Below, piece by piece: positions 27,490-40,759 of a stretch of 64,000 nt of DNA; within the stretch, counting starts at the first letter, position 1, and each line of letters starts with the position of its first letter. Position numbers and translations under genes: made by a program. The DNA is from Trichoplax sp. H2 (Eukaryota). The notes below the pieces were generated by a model. That model was not told where the DNA came from. It saw only the letters and a program-made list of their open reading frames with translations, and did no database searches. The stretch lies in NCBI GenBank assembly GCA_003344405.1, contig NOWV01000270.1, forward strand, positions 1 to 64,000. The letters are read 5' to 3'.

Positions 27490-28225
27490 CAATTTGGCAT
27501 CGCCATTTTTGGATGTACAATTGGTTGTAGTGTCGTTGCTAGACGACGTGATTGAACCATCCATCCAGTCGTCCATGGTTAAGCATTGCATAATGCATAT
27601 TGCATAATGCATACTGTAGTACAGTACTGAATACTGTAGACTGTACTGTACTGTAAGACGTACTGTACGTTGATGGCGGTAAACGTGCGTTCAAACGTTG
27701 ATCTGCAACAACGTTGACAGCTCCCATTCTGGCCAAGTTTGTTCTTGTTCTCGACCATGCACTCTAACCATCGGCCCACCAATTTGGCATGCCAATTTTT
27801 TGTTGTACAATTGCTTGTAGTGTAGTTTGCTTGACGACATTATTCAAGCATGCAGTCCTGTATGCAATGGTTAACCATTGCATGCTGTACAGTGTACAGT
27901 ACAGTAGTACTGTACAGTAAACTACTGTACTGTACACTACAGCATACTGTACTGTAGACTGTAGACTGTAGACTGGACGTGCTGGACGGATCCCATACAG
28001 TACTGTACGACCGACGTACGCTGATGCCGATGAACGTGCGTTCAAACGCTGACCTGCACAACAACGTTGACGGCTCCCATTGTGGCCAAGGTTGTTATTG
28101 TTCTGGACATCGTAGACTAACCATCGGCCCATTGGGCCCGAAGTCAATTTTTCAACCTTGCCTTGGCTATCTCCTCCGCTTGGATTGTAACCATCGGCCC
28201 ACTGGGCCCGAAGTCATTTTTGCAA
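27490..28225. repeat. Diverged tandem duplication (~290 and ~350 bp units) plus a 70-bp-spaced subrepeat in the SOD1 5' flank
   Basis: caatttggcat..tgtacaatt..aacgtgcgttcaaacg..acaacgttgac.gctcccatt.tggccaag..taaccatcggccca occurs twice; taaccatcggcccaytgggcccgaagtca at 28118 and 28188. Confidence 0.85.
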
Positions 28226-28310
28226 ACTCTTGTTGGTGTTTACTCGTTGGCATCGATTATTGCAAGTTTTGGACTTTCAAGTTGCTTCTTCCAACTCAAG
28301 TAATAGCGAT

Positions 28311-30121
28311 ATGGCGTTAAAAGCAGTCTGTTGTTTACAAGGACCTGTTGTCAGTGGTACTATCTTTTTCCAACAAGAGGTAAGGATTGCATGATGGAGA
28401 GGCAGCCAAGATGGGCTGCAAGGTGTGTGTGCCTTGTTGTTGACCGCCACATCAGCATGGTGTTGCAGCCTCGTTTCTTCTTCATATCCGCATTGTAAAA
28501 AACGATCGAGAAATGCTCTATCTGGCTCTACCATTGATTTTTTCTTCAAACACATCCAACGTTGCTCATTTCTACCCCTTTTTCCACAACTTTCCATGTG
28601 CTGATATTTTTGTAATATCAGTACTACAGTTCTTGATCTCTTTGTGCCTACAGCCAGTGCCAATTTTTTCTATCGTCCTCATCTTGTTTGGACTGCGTTT
28701 TCCCAATGGCTTGGACTCTTGCTACCGCCATGCTAGGATACTAGCGGATGCCTTAAAAACAAATAACATCTCATTTTACTGTCTTGATAACATGCAAGAA
28801 AAGTACAGTACAACTCTTCCCTTGTCTACAGGCTATTGGCACCCTACCTCTTTTCTATTTTGATCCCTTTCAAGTGTGCTCGATCTGCACAGTACAAAAC
28901 AAGGCACAACTTGCAAGTAATCAAGCACTCGTACCGATCACATCCATTTCACACCGTCTATGTACAATACTAAACTTTCAACACTATACACAAAACTTCA
29001 TTTCCGCCACAAAAGAGCCCAAAAGTCCCAGTGCTAATAATAATACCATGATAAGCCTCCACAGTAGTATACATTGGCGGGCTTTAGCTTTACCTTCATG
29101 TCTAATCAAATCATGTTAGGATAAACATGCTTCACTTTTTTGATATCGCTCTCTTACCTACGCCAACAGTATTCATGGTTGACATGATTTAAAACACTTT
29201 CTCAATGATTGTAGAATGAATTGTCATTTTTATGCCATATTTCATAATTAGAGCGGCACAGGGCCAATCCGCATCTCTGGTGAAGTCAAAGGTTTAGCAC
29301 CTGGAAAGCATGGCTTCCACGTTCATGAATTTGGCGATAACACGCAAGGTAAAATACATAGCTCCTATCAGTCTCGTCGTCCAATGATTAACCCACATTG
29401 ACAACGATGGCTGAGAAAATAGATTAGTTTCAAGTCGCGGTCAAGTATACTAGTAGCTTTAGCTTGGGTTATGTTAGGCTGTTTGTGATATTCACCAAGG
29501 GTCCAAGTCATGTAATATTTTGAACCAAAATTGTTACATCAAGGTTGTACAAGTGCCGGAGGTCATTATAACCCTCATAAAAAGGTACATGGTGCGCCAG
29601 GGGATGAAATCAGGTTAGTTTATGCAAAAGTATGGACAACATACAAGGCTGACTTTGCTATAATTATGTTATGGTGAATACAATTGAATATCACCATCTT
29701 GACATTATTGTAAATCTATTTTCATGGGATAGCATTGTTGACTTACTCATGACTAACTCACAAGACATTTCATATCAATAGACATGTTGGTGATCTCGGC
29801 AACATCGAAGCTAATGAACAAGGAGTAGCAAGTATTAATATGACTGATAGAATGGTGACATTAACTGGACCATATTCATGCATCGGCAGAACTATTGTTG
29901 TAAGTGGATGGCGCACATCGTTGATCAACTATCTTTATTATCGTATCATCGGAGATTGTCAATCACTAACAAAATGCTCTTTCTCTTTTTTTCACAAAAC
30001 AACCGATTAGGTCCACGAAGGTGTCGACGATTTAGGAAAAGGTGGTCATGAATTGAGTTTAACTACGGGTAACGCTGGTGCTCGTGTTGCTTGTGGAGTT
30101 ATTGGTATTACCAAATGTTAA
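28311..30121 (+). CDS. SOD1: Cu/Zn superoxide dismutase; exons 28311-28379, 29252-29348, 29544-29613, 29782-29899, 30011-30121
   Basis: [11 protein letters not shown]..|..[30 protein letters not shown]..|RHVGDLGNI..|[36 protein letters not shown]. Metal ligands and the catalytic Arg are present, and all introns are GT-AG. Confidence 0.97.
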
Positions 30122-32278
30122 CAACGTGCTAGTTCAAAGCTACATGCCAAGGCTTGTAATAAAAATTCTGCACCACCTCTGTGACCGCTTGATAGTCACA
30201 TTGATTCGATTTTAATCTCGTCAATACTTGTAGAGCACTAATTACCTGTAGCTAGAAAAAGCTAACTATTAATTACCGATTCTTGTTGTTAACAACAGTA
30301 AGTTACGGCTTGAAGGCTCATTTTGTCCTATAAACCCAAATGATAGTTTGTATGCTAGGTGTCTCACTGGTTTACGTGGTGCATCGCTATATTATTAATA
30401 GTGCTGTTTATCAGACGTACCAAATTATCTGCTATTAATTAATAAAGACATTTTGTGAAATTTTTCCTACTGTATTGAGCCTATTTGAACAGATAGTTTG
30501 CTATCATTGGAGAATACGTAAGTCACTACATACTTTGGTTGAAGTTTTGCTCCGGATATTCAATCAGCATGCATTATATCCGCTAGTACGATCCAAAATG
30601 CAATAGCGTATGATGTGACTCGAGAACAGCGTTAAAACCACAGCAACGAGTCCTACTAACTAATCTGGAAATGACGGTTTATAGTCAACTAGACTAATAA
30701 CGTGATAGCAACATAATCCAAGTTTTCGCCTCATTAGGGAGAAAAGATAGGTTCATTTCATCCACTTCAAGAAAATTCAGTAAAGTTAAAAAGGTAAAAA
30801 TGGAACATCGAAACAAGTAATGTAAATGCTAGGCGTTAATAACTTCCAAGCAATGATACATTTGCAGTATGAATTCAGTGTATCGCAATAGCAATTTTAA
30901 TCGAATACTACAGGAGATACGCAAAATACCCTTTACTGCATAATCCAATGAAGTAGCCAAAGTAATAAATAAACAAAAACAACAGTAACAATCTAATGTA
31001 TTAAAAGTTATCAATAAAATCTTACGCGATTACTGTATGCGCGTGGGTAGAACGGCAAGAGGACAATTTCAATGTCAACATGATCGAATACTTCCATGCT
31101 ATGCGAATAATACATCATTACTAAAATCATAAACAAGTTACGCAGTAGGCATTTTACAAGACTTAATTATTCAGTTTCATTAATCTTAAAAGCAAAAACG
31201 TTGTAAATCGTTCTCAACGGATCGAAAACAATCATTTGCAGTAACCATGCAATTACAGAAAGTGCGTATACGTCGTACATGAGATACAATACTGGACAAA
31301 TTATGCCTAGGAATAATCAACATCATGGCACGCCATGTAGAGTGAGATACAACAGTGAATCTCCATTCATTGATGTTATGAAAGAGCAAAACTAACTACA
31401 TGAATAAAAACAGAGAATCGGCTATCATATGCGATCTTTTGGTTATCTACTTTTTAACTAATTAAAATATGCTTAGGTACTAATCATCATGCAAACTAGA
31501 ACAGAGTAATGTGTAAGCGGTGTTCTATTCACTCCAACACTGGATTCAGAATACTGTATTAAAACAGACATATTCTTGTTGACATGATTTAGCAAGATGC
31601 TTTACATTAAAAACTTGCAAGATTTGTCTCAACGTTTTCATTCATCAGTTTTACGTTCTCATTGTGGTACGGCTTATTAATGGCATTTTCCGGTACTCTA
31701 CCAATTCACATCTCCAGAAAATGGGATAAATCTTTACAATAATACTCAACTTCATTGGGCAAATCCATTTTATCAATTCTTGCATTGAACAATATCTACG
31801 CAAGTTACTTGCACCACAATTCAATAGATTTGCTAGACCAGCAGCTAATAGCCGTTCTATAAGGCACACTAAGCGTTTACATGTACCGTATACAATGCTC
31901 GTGTAAAATTGCTAACAGCCACAGTCTAATATAATTAATACCTTAATGTTTTAACAGTACCAAATACGGCAGATAACCTGATTGGTATGGTACAAAATAA
32001 GATACGTTAGCTTGCATAGTAAACATGCTCAGCACAAAATGATAAAGGCTCGATTGCGCATCCCAGCTATAAGTACAATGTAATTAATCTCTTTTATCAT
32101 GTGCATTTTAAATACTTGATTGGTTCAACATAAAAAATTTACATTTGGTCAGCAACTACCTGACATATTTTACAGATTAATGATGCAAAATTAAAAATGT
32201 TTCGATGCCAATAATGATCAATTTAGTAATTATTCCGTCATCTAAAGCCTAAATGGGTAACAATATTATCTCAGTTTA

Positions 32279-35200
32279 TTACCTATCATTTCTATCGTCC
32301 CATCTACTAGCCCTACTACGTCGATCTCTTTTGCTATTATGAAAATTATCGTTATGACGTCTTTCTCTTTTACTACGACTTCCAAAATTTCTATCATCTT
32401 TCCTATCATGTATACTATCTTCGTTACGATCGTCTCGGTAACGTTTCCTATTATCATGGTAACGATCCATTCTACGGTTGTCCGAATTGTCACTACTTTC
32501 TTCTGGTCGTTCTTGTATTGCTTGATTAACATTATTCTTAATATTATTACTACCACTAACGGTATTCCTATTCATTCTATTGTCATTACTACTTCCAAGT
32601 AATGGTGGATAAGGATGTGAAGAGGAAGGGCCAAAATCTCCTCTAGGTCTTGCAGCCATAAGCGGTTGAGGAGGATTCCCTTGCAGGTCCATTGGAGGTA
32701 TACTACTGGTAATGCTAGGCGGGTTAAAAGAAGGGAAATTTATTCCCATAGGATGACCTGGTCCCGGATGTATCGTTGGTGGTACTCCCATGGGTGGTGG
32801 AGCACGAAATTGTATTGGAGGAGGCGGAGGAGCATTAAATCCGGCAGGAATTCCACCTTGTGGCCTTTGAACCATTAATCCTGTAGCATCAGGAATATTA
32901 CTTTTCTCATTACTTTCAGTATCAATACTATTAATACCATTGCTATTCATGTCAACATTATTGGTATTATTATTGCTGCGCTGTAAAACTGGAATCCTCG
33001 ATGCTGTCATACTTTCTGCATCATTATTGATATTTGGATAATATTCGTTAGTAGAGCCCATTTCGTTAACTGCAGAGGCATTCATACTAACGGCATCATC
33101 AACTGTTGTATTCAAAATAACAATAATAGAAATATGTTATTCACCAGCCAAACATGCATCAACAGTTCAAGTGGTTCAATAGCGAAAGCAGTCCTAATTA
33201 GTACAATAAAAATGTTCTATTTATCTCTTATTCATTCGTAAATGTAAAAACCTTTCTCTGGTACGATTGTTCCAGGCGGTAAAGTCTGGCGATCTACAAA
33301 TCCACCCTCTTCTAACATTTCCACATTGACAGACTTGTCTTTTAAAGCTGACCAGGGTATATAAGATACTCCAAGTTCAACATTCCAACAATCTTTGAAA
33401 CGACCTTTAATTCCCTTACCAGGCGCCCAAGCGACTTTGCAATTACTATTTTGAATTCGCAAACTTTGAAGATTTCTTACAGCTAGAACAGCACCCTCTC
33501 GCGACTGCATGCAAACAAAAGCGCACCCTCGAGGCGGTATTAACTACAATCGAAGTGAAATTGCTGGTGTAAGCTTTATTATTTACAATTCAAGTTTAGT
33601 GTTTGAATAACGAACTTGATAAAATACGTACGTCAATAGATTTTATAGAGCCAAATTGCTCAAAGGCCTCTGATATTCTATCCTGACCAACTGACCGTGG
33701 CAGATGCCCAACGAAAATAGTTCTACTACATACTATAATCAATAACAGCATCAATGTAAAATATAACTTCAATTATAGTACGTACTACACAAATAATTCT
33801 ATTATTGTTATAATTACCAGTAATTTTATCTGGTTGAGATGGTGGTATAACATCAGGATCATCCGTTGAATATGAGCTCCCAGTTTGAGCCCTGCCTGAT
33901 GATTTATCTTGCTCATATGTATTAATGTTAGGTTCTCTAGGTGTACTATCGGTATTTGATGCATTAGCAAGGATTTGATGATACTGATTTAAAATTTCTG
34001 CTGGGTCAATTATATCCATTTTACTATGAAATTTACAAGTAGATACGGAAAAAAGATATAAATAGAAATATTTTAAACTGAAAACTCACAAAAAAAGTAA
34101 TTAGAAATCAATCGTTACCTTGTAGTAGTAGCTGCCTCAGATTGCCGTCTACTTTCTTCTTCAGCCAGGCGTTGCTTTTGTTCTGCTATTCTTGCAGCGT
34201 CATCTTCATCATCACCGTAATCGAAGTCGTCAAGAAGATTCTGATAAAAATATGACAAAAGGTTATTTAAATGTAATAGGTCTCAGTTCTCAATCTATTG
34301 TTGTTATCGATTACAGTTTTTATTTATACTATATTACAGTGACAATTTTACGTTGTAACTTATACCCAATTTTGAATATCAGATTAGTATCATTATAACA
34401 AATACCCTCATCCATCTAAATAGATACAATCAACAGTACAGTATGGTGGCTATTCACGCTAGGCTTACGTTTAATATGTGCGTATATACATTTATATAAA
34501 TACAAGAAGAAAGGATATTGTCCCTATTTAATTAACCCTATTCAATTAGTCTTAAAAGAAATGCTACTTGAGAAACCAACAAATTGGATACATTTATTAC
34601 CAATTTATGTCATTAAAAGTTTACCTCTCGATTGTAAGATTTAGATTTGGACGCCAAAGTTGCAGCGCCAGCTCTTTTCAACATGTCCTTTAAAACTGAA
34701 TTATCCAAAGATTGAATATTTTTAAAAACATTTTGCTTTGAAGCAACTGAAGGGGTAGTGTTATCGCCACGAGCAGTTATACTTGTTTCTGCTGATATTT
34801 TCATGGAATCTTTAGTAATTTCTAAGACACGGAAAAAGTACATAATTACATTTTCAAGAACAGCTTACAAAGTACATATATTTAATAGTACGTTAATATT
34901 TTCAGGTTACCTTCGCCTAATCCCATAGTTAATAACGGTTGTGTAATATCCTCTTTGTAGATGCCGTTCTCAGTCCAAAGTTTTAGTACTCTGACAATTT
35001 TACTCTATATTGCAAAATGTTGTAATTATATCACTAACAGCTATAACTGCACAACTTGGATAGGTTATCACACCAATGAATTTATTTATTAGCTAAAAAG
35101 CTGTACTATATGTGAAGTGTAACGAATTGATTATTCTGATATCATGCCAATACTAACCTTGTCATCATTACGACATTTATATAAATTTTCAAAGGTCTCG

Positions 35201-38200
35201 TTTATATTTTTACTGAATCTAGGAGCGTACATGTCCTTTTCGTCACCATACTACAAATAGAAAAATCCCATAGGAATGCATTAACAAATATTGCCATATC
35301 TTCTAATGGCATTCATTTCAATTTTTATACGAGTATGTATGCATACTTGAATAGTAGAAAATTACCGTTCATTTAGAATATACCATAGGCAAAAAGTAAA
35401 TTTTAGAATCTTGGCAAGTTATTATTTTATACTGACAGCGTTTAAAATAAAGGGTTATAAGATTACCTGATATTTAGATTGGCGGATTATTGAATCCATA
35501 ATATACAAGGCTGGCAACTTATATTCAGGACCACACTGAAATTATAAGTTATAGAATCATAAGCGTACAATAAGATCGTAAAAAGAATCCATTGCGAGAA
35601 CTTATATTCGGTAAGTCTGAATGAATTTCCAACTTCCAACAAAAATTATAACGTCATTTAACAATCTTAGCTCGAACTACAATCTGCGTTTATGATAAGT
35701 ATTACAACTTTAAAACTTCTCTTTAGTCTATATAAAAAGCTTTATTTGATTGAAATTTTTTCTTGAATACAATATGAACTGGGCAAAGATAATATCTCTA
35801 TCAATGTACAACACCGGAATGATGAGATGCAGTTATTTTGTTGCAGTCAAAGTATCTTACCTTATGAATAAACTTTTCCAGATTCATTACAACATGCTTG
35901 TAGAACTAGGTAGAAATGTAAACAACTCAATAAAGTTAACAACAGCTTTAACTAGCATGTCAATATGTACACAAATACTTATAAAATGGTTACACTATAT
36001 CATTCATGAATTTATTCACTGTACAACGTAAGACATTTAGGGTATTATCAACTGTGAATAAATTTATAGAATGCGCAGCTTGTGTTTTAACATCTGCAAG
36101 ACATTATGGAGTATCTTCTCGCCAATTTACTACAGCAATGGAGGAATTTTACTTTTCTAGAGTCGGTAATGTCTTTTTAAGCCTTGATATTTAAGGAAAT
36201 TGGCTATAAATAGCGCGAGTTGCACTGCTTAGGGGTGCAAATTAATATATCACGACATGCTATTTACAGTAATCGAGCCAGTAGTACATGTAGTACATGT
36301 TAAAAGATGAAGTCATAGGCAGAGCCTGTAAAGAAATTATTGAATAACAGATCATATCGTGCTAGGTCAAACTTACTCGCATAGCTCTCATTGCCGCCTT
36401 GGTCACACTGTGTACCTTACTACGAGACAGAGGCAACTTGGTCTGGTATACACTTCGCAGCTAGAAAAAAGTGAAAAGTTTAACAAAACATGAAATTAGT
36501 TGCCAACACATCACTGTACTTAACCCTTAAAGAGCATTGATTGATTAAACGATATTCAATCATTCCACGCTGTATCTACATTACTACTGCAAATAGTCGA
36601 ATCGGTCCATTATAATGAATTGTCCAAAAATTTGTAAATCAGTTTTCAATTGTACAGATACAAACAGAACAGAATAGTATAATTAACTTTCGTACTTGAT
36701 GATTGTTTCCATACTTCATAATTTAATATAAGATGAGTGACATGAATTGAACATTATCACTACTATCGACACGTGTTATGATATATGTATAAAGTAGAGC
36801 TGCTGTCAACTTTTAATTTCCCACCCAAAACCGGTATCAATGAGAGCAATATAGCTCGCTCTATTCAGTCAAGAAATACCGATTCATCATTACTGTACAT
36901 TAGAGTCGAGTTTTGTCATTTAGTTCATTTAAATCCTACGCCAACACTGACATGTGACAAGGTGTAGTAAATTTACTTTCAATTGTCAATTTCTTACGCA
37001 ATAGCCAAGCATCAATGCAAGCAATGCAGCCCTAGAAAATTCTCACGATACATTTTTCAGCGTTATATAGCCACTAATGAGTCACTAGCAACGTTATTAG
37101 TTTACAGTTACAGTAGTACCATATAGGGTTAAGAGAAAGCGTATGATTATCGCAGAAAAACATGTCTATAACGAGAAGTAGATAGCGAGATCGAATTAGA
37201 TTGAATGGTTACAGTAAGGCAACATAAGCTTACTATTGTAGGCTTATTGGATGAAACTTTGTGGTGGCCTATCTAGCGTTCTTCTATTTCAGGAAATGGA
37301 AATGGACAGAATTCTGCATTCAATCTGCGTTTAACTTGACTCCAAATGCAACAGTTGACGTACGCAAGTAGAGTTTTGTGCTATGATGGGTAAACATTCA
37401 GTACTGTTTTCTTCTTCATAGCGTAATGAAACGGTAAAGATTGAATAGCTGTGGGTAATTTGAGGATGATCGACACTTTCCTTGCTCTCACTTTGAAGTA
37501 TGAACTATCAGAAAGCCGTCAAAGTGACTTAGCCTAGTCAGCTAGCGTAAGTCGATATGACCAAGACCCTATGGGAAGGAGAGATTTTCGTCGTTTTATC
37601 ATTGCATGGTGCGCTATACATTAACACCTATAGTCGATTGCAAGACATCGGCCCAATTTTCAAGTAAGTTTGTTGCGATCTATCTTATCATGGTCTATGC
37701 GCTATTTCAAACTAGTCATGCTATAAATATGTAGCAATAACGACGGAAACCTTGGCAAATCTTCTAGCAGAATTTCCTTTACCCGGCCTAACCAAGGATG
37801 ATGGCTAAACAGTAGGCAATACTCTTCAGACTACTAACTAAGAAACTGTCATCGTCGATCATCGCCTCCTGAAGAGAACTATATTACATAGCTACGATCG
37901 TTGAAGAAATGCTATGCTGGGCTGATCAATCTAGACTTGATTTTGATGTCATCCTTGTTTGCTTTTTTGACATTTAGATGGCGATCTTGATTTGTATCAA
38001 GTTCAAATTACGTGACTGCTGGATTGACTTGGCTAAGCCTATCCAAAACCCATACTGGCATTCTATAGTTGATCACAGAACCCAACTAGTTGTATGTGCA
38101 ATCCCTTGACTAAATAAAGACCCTAAGAAATGGTTGGACAAACTCTAACAAAGTCTGTATAATCCTCGATGACGATTGCCTCCTCAAAATAGCCAGTTTT

Positions 38201-38664
38201 GATGGACTTTTTGGACAGGACCTGAAGTGTGGCATGATCGAGTAGAGTACAAGCTCCAGGTGGACAGCGATCGTCCGTCATTCCCGCATACAAACTGACT
38301 AGAGCAATACAGCTGAATGGTGTATCGTACTGTCAACAGTCAACAACATGAGCTGCTGCCAACGGCTTCCACAGCGAAAATGGATTGGCAAGAAAAATGC
38401 AAGATGAATGTATATGCCATTTACTGAAAAGATGAGAGCAAGATTGGAATACTTTACAGTTATCCATGCTATCTTTTACTGTATTATTCATTCATTTGAA
38501 GTGAGCTAGCGTAGCATAGTGTACTTTTGATGTGTGTTGTCGATTGGAATACTAGACGTAGGGCTGGAGAAGGTACCTGATAGCGACGTGTGTGGTATTG
38601 GCTATCATCATCTTACCTCGCTACAGAATGACTGTAAAATTTCATTGGCTGAACCTTCTGACAT
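32279..38664 (-). CDS. SCAF4/SCAF8: SR-related CTD-associated factor 4/8 homolog (CID domain, RRM, Pro-rich and RD/RS tail)
   Basis: Exons: 38664-38617 MSEGSANEILQSFCSE; 36460-36377 LRSVYQTKLPLSRSKVHSVTKAAMRAMR; ~35905-35861 FYKHVV..EKFIHK; ~35535-35467 CGPEYKLPALYIMDSIIRQSK; ~35250-35158 APRFSKNI; ~35004-34911 SKIVRVLKLW; further exons 34.8-33.8 kb; RRM ~33722-33250 (TIFVGHLP..IPPRGCAFVCM..KVAWAPGKG..W..ELGVSYIPW); last exon ends at 32279. Confidence 0.92.
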
Positions 38665-39768
38665 ACTGCCGTCAATGTGGATAGCGTACCCAATCGATGA
38701 ATATTAAATAGAATAAGTTAAGTTGGCAATAAAGGAAGGAAACAGTCTGCGTCTTGAGCAATGACTTTATGGAAAGCCAACTTCCATTCCAATTCACGGT
38801 CCAATATTGTCAACTCGTCCACCCACGGCTACCTAAATCAATCCAATGCTAATACTACCAATGTCTTCTTGGTAGTCTTGATCAATTAATACGTTTGCAT
38901 CGACAATTAGAGCCTAACTGGAATCTCTTGAGCAGGCAATGGAGAGAGGAAAGAGAAATGGTTGCCGCTGGTCCTTCTGTTCTGTTGAATCTTTGTAGCA
39001 GGCTTTTGGGCTGCCACTGTACTGCACACGCGCACTGTCCATGCGTCTTGTAGACAGTGAGTCCCTTCTGGGCTTTCCAGTACGAACCCTGACCGTAACA
39101 GTACCGTTCTGAACCGAACCGTGCCACAACCGTTACGGTACGGTACAGAACGCAAAACAAGGAAAAAGTCTCCAGGACAGTGCACAGTACTGACGTAGGC
39201 TACAGTACGTAGTACTGTAGCAGTCCATGACATGGTGTCGGGTACTTACTGGGCGTTCTATAGTACGTACTGTACTGTACGTCCACTGTTGAGGTCTACC
39301 TTGAGTGTACAGTGTACAGTCAAGGTAAAAGTGGAGGCATTTCATACTCAACAGTACTGTAGACAGTGGACTGTACTGTACATTGTATAGCACAATACAG
39401 GATTGTATCTTGGCACGTGGATAAGCCATGCGTACTACGCTCGACATTACTAGTTCAAGATGGGTCGGTCGTGCATGACTATTTGCAATGGCTTTACTGT
39501 GCAGTAAAAGACGAACAGTCTATGCTTCTGAACTAGTTGATGTACAGCCATGTTAGAACACCGATCTACAGTAGTACAAGATGATAGCGGCACCTTTTAC
39601 CTTTTATCCTTCAAGATTGCATGGAGACTCATTGTACAGTACTGTAGAAACGTTGTACTATACACTGTACAGTACTGTTTTCTACAATGTACAGTATAAA
39701 ACGTAGACTTACTGTACTGTAGATACTGTACTGTACGTTGCTAATAGTGACATTAGTTTTGCTATCCA

Positions 39769-40333
39769 CATGATTTTCTATTCACCCCATGCCATGACAT
39801 GCCGAGACCAGTGTTGACTACGATAATCAACAACAAATGCAAAAGGAATGTCACTAGTCAAGAGCGGACGCGGACTTGCTCCCTAGGCCAATAATACTAT
39901 ATCGCCAACGTGATTTTCTACTCAGCCCAAGCCATGACATGCCGAGATCAGTGTTGACTATGATCATGAAGAACAAATGCAAAAGGAATGTCACTAGTCA
40001 AGAGCGGACGCTGACTTGCTCCCTAGGAGACCCAATAATACTACTGTATATCGTCAACATGATTTTCTATTCAGCCCAAGCCATGACATGCCGAGACCAG
40101 TGTTGACTACGATAATCAACAACAAATGCAAAAGGAATGTCACTAGTCAAGAGCGGACGCGGACTTGCTCCCTAGGAGACCCAATAATACTATATCGTCA
40201 ACATGATTTTCTACTCAGCCCAAGCCATGACATACCGAGACTAGTGTTGACTATAATAATCAACAACAAATGCAAAAGGAATGTCACTAGTCAAGAGCGG
40301 ACGCTGACTTGCTCCCTAGACCAATACTGTATC
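39769..40333. repeat. Tandem array, ~4 copies of a 141-149-bp unit
   Basis: atgattttcta.tcagcccaagccatgacatgccgagaccagtgttgactacgataatcaacaacaaatgcaaaaggaatgtcactagtcaagagcggacgc.gacttgctccctag starts at ~39770, 39910, 40059 and 40203. Confidence 0.95.
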
Positions 40334-40759
40334 GTCTGTACGGTCTGTCTGTATCCGTCTCTTTTGTCACTTTTGGTCGCCAACCATCTTCTTGCAATAG
40401 TCCATGCCAACAAACCGAGCCGATTTACTCTCCAAGCGTACAGTCTATGAAGAAGAAGAACAACAAAAGAGTAAAAGAGAAAGTTGGAATACCTTTGCTC
40501 CTTACCCAGCCAACGTTGGTGTACAGTATAGCCAGTTAAAAAGTGCTTTGGTAGCAAAGTGCATAGTCAGCGAGAGTACAGCAGCCTCAGGACAAGCGGC
40601 GACCCGCCAAAAGAAGAGCATCATCGCCTATCCCCCAGTCCAATCCATCGATACGTTCAATGACTGTAGAGTGAAAGTCAGTTTATCGTTGTATAGGACG
40701 TAAGATCTGTGATCGTGGCTACGCTCTATCAAGGCCTGGGTGCCCATTTTATTTGCACA

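Noticed and set aside
27539..29119. Several 65-128 aa ORFs on both strands
   Set aside because: They lie in the repetitive SOD1 5' flank and intron 1 and show no recognisable domain.
39769..40333. CRISPR-like array
   Set aside because: The whole unit is repeated with no unique spacers, there are no cas genes, and the context is eukaryotic.
38882..40557. Overlapping ORFs in the SCAF-EED interval
   Set aside because: By-products of higher GC content and tandem repeats; the frames shift between repeat units.
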